Source of the DNA: Candidatus Saccharimonadota bacterium
GTDB lineage: Archaea > Nanobdellota > Nanobdellia > Pacearchaeales > GW2011-AR1
NCBI GenBank assembly: GCA_041659445.1
Contig: JBAZYG010000002.1
Location: 90,001 to 122,000, forward strand
Length of the DNA stretch: 32,000 nt
Reading direction: 5' to 3'
Positions 31,338 to 32,000 of the stretch are shown in pieces. The translations under genes were made by a program, and so were the position numbers. The notes under the pieces are model-generated. The model searched no databases and had not been told where the DNA came from. It worked only from the letters and a program-made list of their open reading frames with translations. Positions within the stretch are counted from its first letter, which is position 1. Every line of letters begins with the position of its first letter.

Positions 31338-32000
31338 TTAAGTGAATAGTAAAGGGGTAATATAAACTTCAATAAGTCCTGCAATAACTAAAATTATTAA
31401 TGAAATAAATATCAAGATTATAACATTTTCGAAGACCATTAAAAATCTTCTGCTTTTTAATCCATTTCTAGCTAATCCAACTCCGAGAATTCCTCCTGCT
31501 AAAGCAGTTATAAAGTATGCTGCTATTTCTGGAAGGCCATGGATCATATATCTTGAAATTCCTAATGGAATGGCAGATAATTTGTATTGTGTAAAAATTC
31601 CAATTGCTCCAGAAATTACTGTTGCATTCCATGCTAAAATAAAAATTGCACCTGCTCCAAAAATCAGCGAGAATAAAAGCGTGAATATCATTACATAAAC
31701 ATTATTTTCTAAAATAGATAAAAATCTATTTCCATTTGTAGCTGCACCAGTTACTCCTGAATTGGAAGAATTTGAAATAGAATATTGTTGTACACATTGT
31801 TCAACATTTCCAGGACTATTAATCATACAATAAGTTTCAATTTGAGCATTTAATATATTTGAATTTTGTAAAACAATTACCCAAAATGAAAATGCGACGA
31901 TAAATCCTAAAAATAACCAAATCAATGCAAAAATAGCATCTTTATGAACTTTCCAAACATGAAGCAATCCTTCAATTTCTTCGTCTTGTTTTTCTTCTTT
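31338..32000 (-). CDS. SpoIIM-like/DUF95 integral membrane protein; probably 5'-truncated by the window end
   Basis: 'SRYMIHGLPEIAAYFITALAGGILG' is typical of DUF95. The track's 'M' at 31967 is a TTG, and the frame stays open upstream to position 32000 (KEEKQDEEIEG-L...). Confidence 0.55.
   Translation of the reverse strand, partial: KEEKQDEEIEGLLHVWKVHKDAIFALIWLFLGFIVAFSFWVIVLQNSNILNAQIETYCMINSPGNVEQCVQQYSISNSSNSGVTGAATNGNRFLSILENNVYVMIFTLLFSLIFGAGAIFILAWNATVISGAIGIFTQYKLSAIPLGISRYMIHGLPEIAAYFITALAGGILGVGLARNGLKSRRFLMVFENVIILIFISLIILVIAGLIEVYITPLLFT

Noticed and set aside
1-32000. CRISPR arrays, toxin-antitoxin pairs, restriction-modification or other defence systems
   Set aside because: No regularly spaced repeats and no cas-like, nuclease, ATPase or toxin-like ORFs were recognised. 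The two methyltransferases are small-molecule/glycan-type class I enzymes embedded in GT operons, not DNA methyltransferases with partner nucleases.

Overview
Visibly AT-rich archaeal sequence. The markers are archaeal: L21e, RpoF, RpoN, AglB/STT3, and BHB-type tRNA introns. The compact genes and largely leaderless layout suggest a DPANN-like small genome, but that is inference only. All family calls come from motif recognition in the supplied translations, and no database search was run. Positions 1-6568 are housekeeping: a DUF655-like gene start that runs off the window, rpoF, rpl21e, a small Zn-ribbon protein, rpoN, a GH3 NagZ-like hydrolase, an alpha/beta hydrolase, three tRNAs (two with introns), a stand-alone 5S rRNA, and secF-secD. 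Positions 6603-31297 form a surface-glycan island of about 25 kb. It runs from a Wzx-like flippase to the oligosaccharyltransferase AglB and an AglH/MraY-family GlcNAc-1-P transferase. In between are GDP-mannose 4,6-dehydratase, GDP-fucose synthase, a GT11 alpha-1,2-fucosyltransferase, two GT4s, a GT26 (WecG/TagA), a GT-A protein, two DegT aminotransferases, a hexapeptide acetyltransferase, a cupin, several extended SDRs and two methyltransferases. The most unusual part is a module at 7966-13646. It holds an SDR-HAD fusion, a 2-hydroxyacid dehydrogenase, a NeuA/KdsB-type cytidylyltransferase and two unassignable 'HP-motif' GT-B-like proteins. This module suggests a CMP/CDP-activated glycopolymer pathway (ulosonic acid or teichoic/capsule-like) for which no synthase gene is visible here. 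Other observations: a recurrent AAnCTTTAWAAA promoter box about 25-27 nt upstream of most ATGs, implying leaderless mRNAs; a mirror-symmetric divergent promoter; a 33-nt duplication of the tRNA-Arg 5' part plus its leader; and a tRNA-Leu whose best fold puts A at position 34. No CRISPR array, integrase or transposase was seen.
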